Source: Thermoplasmata archaeon | GTDB lineage: Archaea > Thermoplasmatota > Thermoplasmata > GCA-020350865 | Assembly: GCA_020348445.1 (NCBI GenBank) | Contig: CP070751.1 | Span: forward strand, 5,049,187 to 5,113,186 | Length of the DNA: 64,000 bases | Direction: 5' to 3' | Shown here: one piece after another, positions 47,820 to 56,991 of the stretch | Layout: each line of letters opens with the position of its first letter | How positions within the stretch are numbered: the first letter of the stretch is position 1 | Program-made: the position numbers and the translations under genes | Notes under the pieces: generated by a model | Told to the model about the DNA's origin: nothing | Database searches by the model: none | The model's input: the letters and a program-made list of their open reading frames with translations, nothing else

Positions 47820-48613
47820 CTCTCTTCTTTCTTACGTTCAGAGGCAATGGCCTTGGTGACTTCCTCTTCCACCTCACCTAAAATCTCATGTCTTAACTTT
47901 GCAAATTCTTTGCCAGCCCTATCCCTTGGTCTCAAGAGATCGATTGAGATTTCCTTTTTTATTGTAGCAGGTCTTGATGTGAGAACCACGACTCGATCCG
48001 AAAGATAAAGAGCTTCATCAACTGAGTGAGTTACAAAAACAATGGTCTTATTTGTTTTTTGCCAGATCCCCAACAATTCCCTTTGCATTATATTTCTGGT
48101 TTGAGCATCCAAGGATCCAAATGGCTCGTCCATTAGAAGGACATCGGGCTCATTTGCCAATGCCCTTGCAATACCCACCCGTTGTTTCATTCCACCCGAT
48201 AATTCATTTGGATGGGCGTTTTCAAATCCTTCCAAGTTCACAAGGTCAATGTAATGCATGGCAATTTCACGTCTTTTTTCTTTGGGCATTCCTTGGATCT
48301 CCAGGCCGAATTCGATGTTTTTAATCACAGTGCGCCACGGGAACAAAGCAAATTCCTGGAACACCATTCCGCGATTCGGACCCGGCCCTTCCACCTTTTC
48401 TCCTCTCTCATAAATGATACCTTCTGAAGGAATTTCTAGGCCTGCAATCAATCTAAGGATAGTGGTCTTTCCGCAACCTGACGGTCCTAGAAGAGTAATG
48501 AACTCCCCCTCTTCGATGGTGAGATTCAAATTCGAAATTGCGCTGACACTCTTATCATCAGAATCAAATATTTTTGTCAGATGTTCGATTTTAATCAGCG
48601 CATTCCCATCCAC
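47816..48613 (-). CDS. ABC transporter ATP-binding subunit (SsuB/TauB/NrtD-like)
   Basis: GPSGCGKT, VFQEFALFPW, LSGGMKQR, LLMDEPFGSLD, FVTH. Confidence 0.93.
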   Translation of the reverse strand: MDGNALIKIEHLTKIFDSDDKSVSAISNLNLTIEEGEFITLLGPSGCGKTTILRLIAGLEIPSEGIIYERGEKVEGPGPNRGMVFQEFALFPWRTVIKNIEFGLEIQGMPKEKRREIAMHYIDLVNLEGFENAHPNELSGGMKQRVGIARALANEPDVLLMDEPFGSLDAQTRNIMQRELLGIWQKTNKTIVFVTHSVDEALYLSDRVVVLTSRPATIKKEISIDLLRPRDRAGKEFAKLRHEILGEVEEEVTKAIASERKKEES

Positions 48614-49437
48614 CTGGACACTCTCCTTTCTATATAACTGGCTCCACCTACTGTGATAAAGCCCAGAATACCTATTACGATCATTCCCGCGAACATATCG
48701 TCATATCGTCCCACATCAGCCATAGCAGATATATAAAATCCCACGCCACCGCCTGTAACTCCAACCATCTCTGCGGCAACGATACACATCCAACCTATAC
48801 CCAATCCGATCCTAATACCTGTCATGAGGGTGGGAATTACCGCTGGAAAAATCACCTTTTGCAGCATGTTTCGCTTTGTTACACCAAGGGTCTTTGCTGC
48901 ATCGATAATAATGGGATCTATTCTTTTTACACCGAAGATGGTGTTTATTAAAACCGGAAAGAAAATTCCTAAAAACACAATAAAGGCTGTATCAAAGGGC
49001 TCATCGAAAAACACAATTGCAAAAGGTATCCATGCTATTGGAGGTATCGGCCGAATCAATTCCACTATGGGATTACCAGCATTGTGCACATGTTTTGACC
49101 AGCCCATCAACAAACCCAAGGGAACTGCTAAAATAAATGCGATTATAAATCCATATAAAATCCTAACCATGGAGGCTAGAATATGTTCTCCCATGTAGCG
49201 CTGTGAAAATGGATCTCGGTTAAAAAATGAGGCTATTAGGGCGTCAAATACCATATGCGGTCTAGGAAGATACGGCTTATTTTGTAACTGGGCATATAAA
49301 TCCCATGCAAGAATAAATATGATTACAGCGAGGATACTTATTCCCAAGTGAATTAACCTATCTCTGTTTTTCTTTACCTTGAAAAATGAGAGAAAAAAAG
49401 TCCTGTTCTTTTGGGCCTTCGAAGCCTTTTTGTTCAT
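48595..49437 (-). CDS. ABC transporter permease (SsuC/TauC-like)
   Basis: LIRPIPPIAWIP, EAA-like IIDAAKTLG, LGIGWMCIVAAEM. Confidence 0.93.
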   Translation of the reverse strand: MNKKASKAQKNRTFFLSFFKVKKNRDRLIHLGISILAVIIFILAWDLYAQLQNKPYLPRPHMVFDALIASFFNRDPFSQRYMGEHILASMVRILYGFIIAFILAVPLGLLMGWSKHVHNAGNPIVELIRPIPPIAWIPFAIVFFDEPFDTAFIVFLGIFFPVLINTIFGVKRIDPIIIDAAKTLGVTKRNMLQKVIFPAVIPTLMTGIRIGLGIGWMCIVAAEMVGVTGGGVGFYISAMADVGRYDDMFAGMIVIGILGFITVGGASYIERRVSRWMGMR

Positions 49438-49521
49438 CGGTCAGTCTCCTTGGCGCTAATGAGCAAACCGATATTTGGCTCTTATCTCCTTTAGATCATA
49501 TTTATTGTAGAGGGATTGTCT

Positions 49522-50619
49522 TCATGTAGAGACCTTAATATTCTCCTCTTCTGCTATCATCCTTAAAAGGAAATACTGGACTGTTGAAAACCCGGGTATT
49601 CCAAATTTCTTGCCCCTTAGATCCTTTAAGGAATCGATGCTCTCAGCGACGATTATAGCTGAGCCTTCGTTGTTAACCTGGGCTAAAATCATAGTATTTA
49701 TTCCGGCATTCAAATGCTTAAGAACAGCAGGAGCGCTGCCTAAATATCCCATATCAACATCCCCTGCTTCAAAATGATCCATTTCATCTCCGCCGTTTGA
49801 GTAAGGAGCACCAGATGCATCGGTAACAGTCACTCCGTATTTTTCAAATAGGCTTTTTCCACCGCCTACATCAGAATTCTTGGCCACAGGATACGCGAGC
49901 TGATGAAGATCACCTAGAAGGTAGCCCACTCGAACGGTACCTAAGGAAGTGGATGTAGGGGTTACGGTAGCAGCATCCTGAAGATATGTTTCATCAACAT
50001 ATTTATCAACAAAATCCTCGGTATCCTCGTATCCTCGCTCAGATATTTTATCATCAGTTACGATTTCAAATTCTATAAGTTTGTCAGTATATTCTTTAAG
50101 ACCATCATAGAAATCCTCGGTAAGTAGATAAACGTATGTCATGTGGCTTAATGCTTCCTTTACGACAGCTTCATCCCGTGCAGTAAAATCTACGGCTATG
50201 TCAACTAGTAAGGAATATTCCATTGATGTGTTGTCCGCTAATGCGTTTACCATCCAAGTGGTTGCCTCCATATGCGCTTTCAAGAAATGTTTTACCAGAT
50301 CAGGATTCGAACTTGCAAAGTTCTTTTCTACGGCCACGACGCAGCATGGATGACCAGGCCAAATCTCCCCGGATAAATGCAATGTCTTACCTACCCCACC
50401 GACAACAGAATCTGAGCAGTACGGTTCCCAAGCGACATATCCAGCGATATCTCCGCTATCAAGGCTAGCTTTCATGTCTTTTGGCGCAATTTTAACGGCC
50501 TTAATCGATTTTTCCCCATCTTCCTCGAAACAGCCTGCTAATAACAGAACCGACACGATTATTACGATTCCGATTATACTCATGAGTTTGTTTTTGCTCA
50601 CCTTCTTCATATGAAGCAC
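49522..50619 (-). CDS. ABC transporter substrate-binding lipoprotein (SsuA/NrtA-like), circularly permuted
   Basis: Lipobox LLAGC; AWEPY and WPGHPCC precede VRVGYL, GDVDMGYLGSAP and DLRGKKFGIP. Confidence 0.85.
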   Translation of the reverse strand: MLHMKKVSKNKLMSIIGIVIIVSVLLLAGCFEEDGEKSIKAVKIAPKDMKASLDSGDIAGYVAWEPYCSDSVVGGVGKTLHLSGEIWPGHPCCVVAVEKNFASSNPDLVKHFLKAHMEATTWMVNALADNTSMEYSLLVDIAVDFTARDEAVVKEALSHMTYVYLLTEDFYDGLKEYTDKLIEFEIVTDDKISERGYEDTEDFVDKYVDETYLQDAATVTPTSTSLGTVRVGYLLGDLHQLAYPVAKNSDVGGGKSLFEKYGVTVTDASGAPYSNGGDEMDHFEAGDVDMGYLGSAPAVLKHLNAGINTMILAQVNNEGSAIIVAESIDSLKDLRGKKFGIPGFSTVQYFLLRMIAEEENIKVST

Positions 50620-50846
50620 CAGTGCCTATATTATGGTTCTAATAGATAAATATTTTTCCTTTTCAGATATAAATTTGTCCTCATTGTATAAGATACTAAG
50701 CTTCTTTATAATTTTGTATATTCAATGTCTTTGGACCATCAATTCTTATTAATGCATAAAAACTGAGTTATTAAAGAAGATACAGTCAAGTGAAGAATTT
50801 ATATACCCTTTTAGCTTTCCCTCGGATAGAATTGAATAAATCAAAT

Positions 50847-50959
50847 GCAGGTGTAGTCTAGTCTGGTTTAGGACGTTGGCCTTCCATGATCTTCTCCTTC
50901 TCAATTTACGGGGATATCAAAGAAAGCCAACAACTCGGGTTCGAATCCCGGCACCTGCA
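50847..50959 (+). tRNA. tRNA-Gly(UCC) with a 38-nt canonical intron (37/38; 50887-50924)
   Basis: Acceptor GCAGGTG/CACCTGC, A73; anticodon stem TTGGC/GCCAA with CT TCC A^A; T arm TCGGG TTCGAAT CCCGG. Confidence 0.9.
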
Positions 50960-51241
50960 TCCTTTATTTTCTAATTATTATCACATTGATGTAAGGGATT
51001 CGAACCTTAGAGGAAAGGAGATTATAAGCATATTAAATTACCTTTCCTCGCTAGGGACGAATCCCGGCACCTGCATCCATTATTTTCTAATTGCTATTAA
51101 ATTAATTTAAGGGATTCGAACCTCAGAGGAAAGGAGATTATAAGCATATTAAATTACCTTTCCTCGCTAGGGACGAATGCCCGTGGCGGGAAACCCACCA
51201 CTTCATTTCCTCGCCTGGCTCGGAAATCCCGGCACCTGCAT
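50945..51241 (+). repeat. tRNA-Gly 3'-end-linked repeats (ATCCCGGCACCTGCAT at 50945, 51061, 51226) with long hairpins
   Basis: Units start with GGGATTCGAACC (50995, 51111), the reverse complement of the tRNA T arm; internal GAGGAAAGG/CCTTTCCTC stem; spacing 116 bp and 165 bp. Confidence 0.88.
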
Positions 51242-51556
51242 CTATTGTTTTCTTGATTTTTTTATGGATGAGCCTTATGTTCGAATTATTTTGGTATAAC
51301 AATTATTTCTTAGGCTCAAACATCCAGCATTTGTAAAAACCTTTAAAGATCTGTATTAATAATTATTAAACATAAATATATATATATTAGATGTAATTCT
51401 GGATAAAAAATATGCATTTTGGATATAGAAAATATATAAGGGTGATAGAATAGTACCCCTATTTGACAGCATCATGTGGCACTATGGATGGTAAGGGAGT
51501 AAACAGAGTTACGGAAAGTTTCAGGGACGCTGTCACAATATAGAAAGGGGACATGC

Positions 51557-54500
51557 ATGCCTGAAAAGAAAATGTTCAGGGAGATGTACGAGAGATGGAA
51601 AGAACTCGACCTACCTGAAGAACAAAAAGATGTTTTGGATAAAATAGAACACGATATCGAGGATTTAGACCAGGAAGATACAATAAAGGAGATTACAGAA
51701 AGTTTACGAACCGATTTAAACGACTCAGATTTATGGTTTAAACTGGGAGCAACTTTACTTGCATCAAAGAAATACGATTTTGCACTGGCGGCACTGGATA
51801 TCACAGTAAAGGTGGAACCAGAAAAGTCATATGTATATGGGGTAAAAGGTTTTGTTCTCACGAAGTTAGGCAGGTACGAGGAAGCAGTGGAAGCCCTTGA
51901 GAAAACTGTTGAGCAAACAGGTCCTATAGAAGGTTACGAGGGTATCGATGATCTTATAAAGGGTATCGAATCAGGAGATGTGAAGATCAAGGCCCTCACT
52001 GCCCCCGGAGTTGAGGAAATACCCTATGATGAATTATTAGAAATCGAAAGAGGATTGGAGAAACTCCTTATTGAGGAGGAAGAGGCTCCATCCAGTTTGG
52101 AACTGCAGGACGAACTTGAGGCACTCTCGGAAGAAATTGAGCAGATTTTAGCAGAGCCCGAGGGTGGAGAAGAGATGTATAAATGTCCAAGCTGTGGTAC
52201 CGAGATAGATTCAAAAGATGAGGTTTGCCCAACATGTGGCATTGAATTCGTTGAAATGGAGGAAGTGCCTGAGGAATTAAAGGGTGAGGAGGTAATCGAA
52301 AAGTTCGAATGCCCCGACTGCGGGGCAATCTTAGATTACGAAATCCAAAAATGCCCTGACTGTGGCCTTGTCTTTGTTGAGGAGGAAGGTGAATTATTTG
52401 CATGTCCCTCATGCGGGGAGGAAGTGGATTCTTCAGCCAGTATTTGCTCCAGTTGCGGAGCTGAGTTTCTGTCTGAGGAGGAGGAACTGGAGGCCGCTTT
52501 GGACGAGATTTTGGCTGTTGAAAGCCTGGAAAGAGAAAAAACCGAGGAAGCGAAAGCCAAATTAGAGGCCCAATACGGTCTCACCAATGGTTTGACCAAT
52601 GGTTTAACCAACGGCATCACCAATGGACTTAAAAAAGCCAAACGGGGCCTGACCAACGGTATTACAAATGGTCTTACCAACGGTTTAACCAATGGACTTC
52701 GGGCTTTAAAAGTGGGTATAACCAATGGTTTGACCAATGGCAACGGTATTACCAACGGCCTAGGTCCAAAACGCCCCGTAATCGACCCGAAACGTAGTAA
52801 ACTAAAACTTATCGGAATTCCTGTTATATTATTTATTCTGATATTTACCCCATATATCCTCGTGAATATAATGAAACCCGAGGAAAAAATAGATATCGAT
52901 GGCAGTTTTGGAGATTGGAAGAATGTACAAACAACTTCAGATGAAATCGAAGCTGCAGAATTCAATCCCAACGTTGACATAATCGACTATCGGGTGGATG
53001 ATAGCCAGATGGAACTTTCGTTCTATTTAGAGGTTGCAGGTTTCATGTTGGCTGGTGAGCCCAATGAGCCTGATGGCAGACAACTTGTGGATACGGCATA
53101 CATTTTCGTGGATACAGATCAGGATCCCGACTCAGGCTATTTGATAAAGGGCATTGGTGCAGATTATATGTTGGAGATTTATGGTTGGAATGAAACCATC
53201 TTTGGTAATTTTCTTTACAATTACCCTGAAGTGGAGCAGGACTGGAATCATTGGGAAACTGTTGAATACGTATCAGCAGCAGTAAGTGGCTCGATGTTGG
53301 AGGCACAGGTAAACCACGAATCAATTCACCTTAGTAACCATGAACCCTTGGATATTCTGTTTTATATGCAGGGATGGAACGGATCTGAAGATTTTTCAGA
53401 CACCATAATATCCAATGAAGATGGTGTTTTAGCTGTAACTCAACAAGGTGAGGGTGAAGGTAAGATCAGTGGTGACGGCAATAAACTGCTTAGGTTGGAA
53501 ATCAAGGCTATAAACAACGATATAACCATCAATGAGATCAAGGCCGAAAGAACAGGCTCTGGAACAGATGACGACGTCTCTGAGATAAGGCTTGAGGATG
53601 AGAACCGCAAATCATTTGGATTGGGCACTTTAAGGGAGGGCATTTTAACATTTCAACCGGCATTGACCCTTACGCAAGAGCAAACCGCAACCACTGTCTA
53701 CATTGTAGTAGATATCAGTGAAAGTGCACAGGAAGGGGACAGCATTGGATTTAAAATAATGAAAAACCATGATATAATAACTGATTCAGGAACAGTGTCT
53801 TTAAAACAAATGGCCCCCGAAGATGAGAACCCCGAGGATGAGAAATACGAAACCAGCTATCTGGTGGACATACCTGACGACGTTATAATAGACGGTGCAT
53901 TTGCAGATTGGGACACAAAATTCGTTCGTAACGACACAAGCGGTGATGTAAGCCGCGTTGAATTGGATATACTTAAATACGGTGTTTCCACCACCGATTC
54001 CCAAGCAGCGTTCTTTTTAAAAGTGGATAAAAGTATGTGCTCTGGAACGGCTGTTCCCTATCGGAATACTGCATCTGCAAAAATATTCGTGCCGTCGGAG
54101 CAAGTGGATTCAGATGGAGATGGAATATTAGATTTAAATGATAACCATGATGTGAACATCGAGTTTTTATTTAGCCTGAACCTGAATTTCAGACAGTATC
54201 TAAAGGAGGGGGCACCAGATGATCTTCTAATAGAGGCATTTGAAAATAACTCACAACCATTGACTTCTAATGCTGGATTGATTAAAATATTGGACAGATA
54301 CTGGAAGGTCGAAGATGGCGATGCGATATATATCATCATAGATTACGGGATAGAGCTAAAGATATATGATTCCGATGGTGTGCTGGAGGATACCAGGTTT
54401 GACTTCGATAATGATGGTATACCTGATGAAGAGGATACCGATGATGACGACGATGGTATAGAGGATTTCGATGTCGGAGGTACGGATGTTCTTCTTAAAC

Positions 54501-56989
54501 AGATTGTAACAGGTGCAACAAAATACATAGGCCCTCCTGAACCTCCAATACCTATTTATCCAAAAACAGGAGAGGATTTGGTTTACATTTTCATAGATAC
54601 GAATCCTGGGATAGGTTATAGGGAAGGCCTTCCAATTGCCGCTGATTATATGATAGAGGTGAAGGGGAGGTACAATATCGTGCAAAGCAGCGTAATCTAC
54701 AAATGGTCTGGAGCTTCTCCTTTTGATTGGAATTGGACTGAGCACCGCTCTCCAGAGGTGGAACTGGACATGCTGCGGATGGAGGTGGGCATAACCTGGG
54801 ATGACATAGAATTAAATCCCGCAGATGATCACTTCGATGTATACTTTTTAACGACAGATTGGAGAAAGAAAGATAGAGATTATTCAAATACAGAGGGTGT
54901 GATTACAGGACCCACAAGAGCCTACATCGGAGATGGTAAAAGCAGAGGTTATGACGTGAAATATCACGGCAGCTACGATGTGTACTTCGATGAGAATGAA
55001 GGTGAGGTGCTCTTTGAGACAAAGAAAGGTTACTTTTTGTCCTGGAACGTGCCTTCTGAGCTGAAGATCACCTCTTTGGATGAAGTTGTTTATACTTTTG
55101 ATGAACCTGAAAACTCGGGCTTTGAAATCAGCGAGTCTCATGCTGATTACTATTACTCCTTTGATGATCTTGCTGTCACAACTCACTACATGTTTGGGGG
55201 GAGTATGTTAAAAGAGGATATCATCCTCGCCGAGAACCCCATAGAGGATATCATGGATTCTGGTTTTCTTTTGGTCACGACGCCTTTGAGCTACTCTCCA
55301 GAATTAGCAATGTACGTGGATAATTATCCACAGAAGGACGGTTTTGTGACAACAAGTGATATTGAATTCCGCAACACCTTCTATTCTGAAAACGTCTACA
55401 CGTTGATGAGCCCTGTTGCTTACGATGCAAATGGAGACGATGTAAAATGCGAATATGTGGTGGATTTCATAGATCCTGAGGATTCAACAGCTACACTTAC
55501 CTTACGGTGCTCTATGGACTGGCTTGCCACGGCAGAATATCCTGTTAGAATAGATCCCACGATATTGAAAAATGATCAATATGAAGGCGGCGGGGATGAC
55601 AGCGAATATTTGGGTTATTCCCTTGCAGTTGGGGATTTTAATGACGATGGCAACGAGTATGATATCGTAACTGGTGCACCGTACTGGGATCATACCTCAA
55701 CTAGTTGGGGTGCCGCATACATTTTCTATGGTCCTGTAATGACCAACGATTTCACACCAGATGCAATTATCAATCTCACTGAGGAACCTGATAGAAGTAA
55801 TAATGATCAACTAGGAAGATGTGTCGCAGCAGCAGATTTTGACAACGACGGCGTGCGTGATGATGTGGTGCTCACCACCTCAGGGGATGAGGCGTATGTG
55901 GTTTACGGAGAAGGTGGCATCTCAGGCGCTGTCACAACTGCAGATGTGATCATTTATCCACCTGGGGCCGGGGCGCCTGGGTTTGGAAGGTACGGCCTTG
56001 CTGTGGGTAATTTCGATGGAAACGACGGAGATGATGTGGCAATTGGCGCCAACTCCAACAACAGCCTATACATATATTTCAACTCAACAGATTGGGACGA
56101 TGGACTGGTGTACGATCCCAGTGTCACGATTGGATACACTACAGGTAATTTGGGAGTATCTATAGCCAGAGGTAATCTCAGAAACAACGGTGCGACGGAT
56201 TATGATGATATAGCCGTAGGTGCTTATGGTTACCTCGTTGGTAGTACCAGTGCAGCCGGAGCCGTTTTCGTGTTTTACGGGGACGGTACCTACGGTGATG
56301 GAGCACAATTAGCCGGTGCAGATGTTATAATAGAATCCGGTGCAAATTACCCGACAGAAAATGGCGAATCAGAGAGATTTGGATGGAGTATCGCAATCGG
56401 TGATTTCAATAAATCTGCCACAACAAATGACTTTGATGATCTCCTTATAGGTGCACCGTACTACAACTCCGAGGAGGGAAAAGCTTATATCTACTTTACA
56501 GAGGATGATTCCGATGGAGGCTTCGGCTCAGCCACTGGGGAAGATGACGATTTGATTTTACATGAGATTGGTGCAAATAGGTTCGGTTATTCTGTTGCGA
56601 TAGGTAACTTCTGGGGTGATGGCTACCTTGATGCTTTTGTGGGAGCATACAGAACCAGTTCATCTGATGGTATCGCATATGCATACGACTTCGATGGAGC
56701 AAACTTGGATAATACCAGCGATTGGAGTTTAAGTGGAACAATCGGTGAGGGATTAGGATTGGCTGTTTTCGCGGCAGATGTAAACGGAAGCGGTTACGAT
56801 AATTTCATCATGGGCTGCCCATATTTCGATGATCCCGATGATTCTCCAGCTAACGACAATGCAGGTAGAGTGAAGGTGGACGAGTACATCCCGGAGTTCT
56901 CCGATATCGCGGTCCCAATAGCATCGACAATAACATTCATAATATTCTGTTCTAGAAAAAGGAAAAGAAATCCAAAGAATGATAAATAA
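51557..56989 (+). CDS. Giant membrane-spanning protein: TPR, three double zinc ribbons and GLTN repeats (cytoplasmic); TM; extracellular beta domains, Ca-binding loops and FG-GAP repeats; PEF-CTERM sorting signal
   Basis: DLWFKLGATLL..YDFALAAL TPR; CPxCG-x8-CPxCG x3; TM LIGIPVILFILIFTPYILV; LGYSLAVGDFN repeats; terminal IPEFSDIAVPI-TM-RKRKR. Confidence 0.85.
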   Translation: MPEKKMFREMYERWKELDLPEEQKDVLDKIEHDIEDLDQEDTIKEITESLRTDLNDSDLWFKLGATLLASKKYDFALAALDITVKVEPEKSYVYGVKGFVLTKLGRYEEAVEALEKTVEQTGPIEGYEGIDDLIKGIESGDVKIKALTAPGVEEIPYDELLEIERGLEKLLIEEEEAPSSLELQDELEALSEEIEQILAEPEGGEEMYKCPSCGTEIDSKDEVCPTCGIEFVEMEEVPEELKGEEVIEKFECPDCGAILDYEIQKCPDCGLVFVEEEGELFACPSCGEEVDSSASICSSCGAEFLSEEEELEAALDEILAVESLEREKTEEAKAKLEAQYGLTNGLTNGLTNGITNGLKKAKRGLTNGITNGLTNGLTNGLRALKVGITNGLTNGNGITNGLGPKRPVIDPKRSKLKLIGIPVILFILIFTPYILVNIMKPEEKIDIDGSFGDWKNVQTTSDEIEAAEFNPNVDIIDYRVDDSQMELSFYLEVAGFMLAGEPNEPDGRQLVDTAYIFVDTDQDPDSGYLIKGIGADYMLEIYGWNETIFGNFLYNYPEVEQDWNHWETVEYVSAAVSGSMLEAQVNHESIHLSNHEPLDILFYMQGWNGSEDFSDTIISNEDGVLAVTQQGEGEGKISGDGNKLLRLEIKAINNDITINEIKAERTGSGTDDDVSEIRLEDENRKSFGLGTLREGILTFQPALTLTQEQTATTVYIVVDISESAQEGDSIGFKIMKNHDIITDSGTVSLKQMAPEDENPEDEKYETSYLVDIPDDVIIDGAFADWDTKFVRNDTSGDVSRVELDILKYGVSTTDSQAAFFLKVDKSMCSGTAVPYRNTASAKIFVPSEQVDSDGDGILDLNDNHDVNIEFLFSLNLNFRQYLKEGAPDDLLIEAFENNSQPLTSNAGLIKILDRYWKVEDGDAIYIIIDYGIELKIYDSDGVLEDTRFDFDNDGIPDEEDTDDDDDGIEDFDVGGTDVLLKQIVTGATKYIGPPEPPIPIYPKTGEDLVYIFIDTNPGIGYREGLPIAADYMIEVKGRYNIVQSSVIYKWSGASPFDWNWTEHRSPEVELDMLRMEVGITWDDIELNPADDHFDVYFLTTDWRKKDRDYSNTEGVITGPTRAYIGDGKSRGYDVKYHGSYDVYFDENEGEVLFETKKGYFLSWNVPSELKITSLDEVVYTFDEPENSGFEISESHADYYYSFDDLAVTTHYMFGGSMLKEDIILAENPIEDIMDSGFLLVTTPLSYSPELAMYVDNYPQKDGFVTTSDIEFRNTFYSENVYTLMSPVAYDANGDDVKCEYVVDFIDPEDSTATLTLRCSMDWLATAEYPVRIDPTILKNDQYEGGGDDSEYLGYSLAVGDFNDDGNEYDIVTGAPYWDHTSTSWGAAYIFYGPVMTNDFTPDAIINLTEEPDRSNNDQLGRCVAAADFDNDGVRDDVVLTTSGDEAYVVYGEGGISGAVTTADVIIYPPGAGAPGFGRYGLAVGNFDGNDGDDVAIGANSNNSLYIYFNSTDWDDGLVYDPSVTIGYTTGNLGVSIARGNLRNNGATDYDDIAVGAYGYLVGSTSAAGAVFVFYGDGTYGDGAQLAGADVIIESGANYPTENGESERFGWSIAIGDFNKSATTNDFDDLLIGAPYYNSEEGKAYIYFTEDDSDGGFGSATGEDDDLILHEIGANRFGYSVAIGNFWGDGYLDAFVGAYRTSSSDGIAYAYDFDGANLDNTSDWSLSGTIGEGLGLAVFAADVNGSGYDNFIMGCPYFDDPDDSPANDNAGRVKVDEYIPEFSDIAVPIASTITFIIFCSRKRKRNPKNDK
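52577..52759 (+). repeat. Coding tetrapeptide repeat G(L/I)TN (about 12-bp units)
   Basis: GLTNGLTNGLTNGITNGL..GLTNGITNGLTNGLTNGL..GITNGLTNGNGITNG. Confidence 0.9.
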
Positions 56990-56991
56990 AC

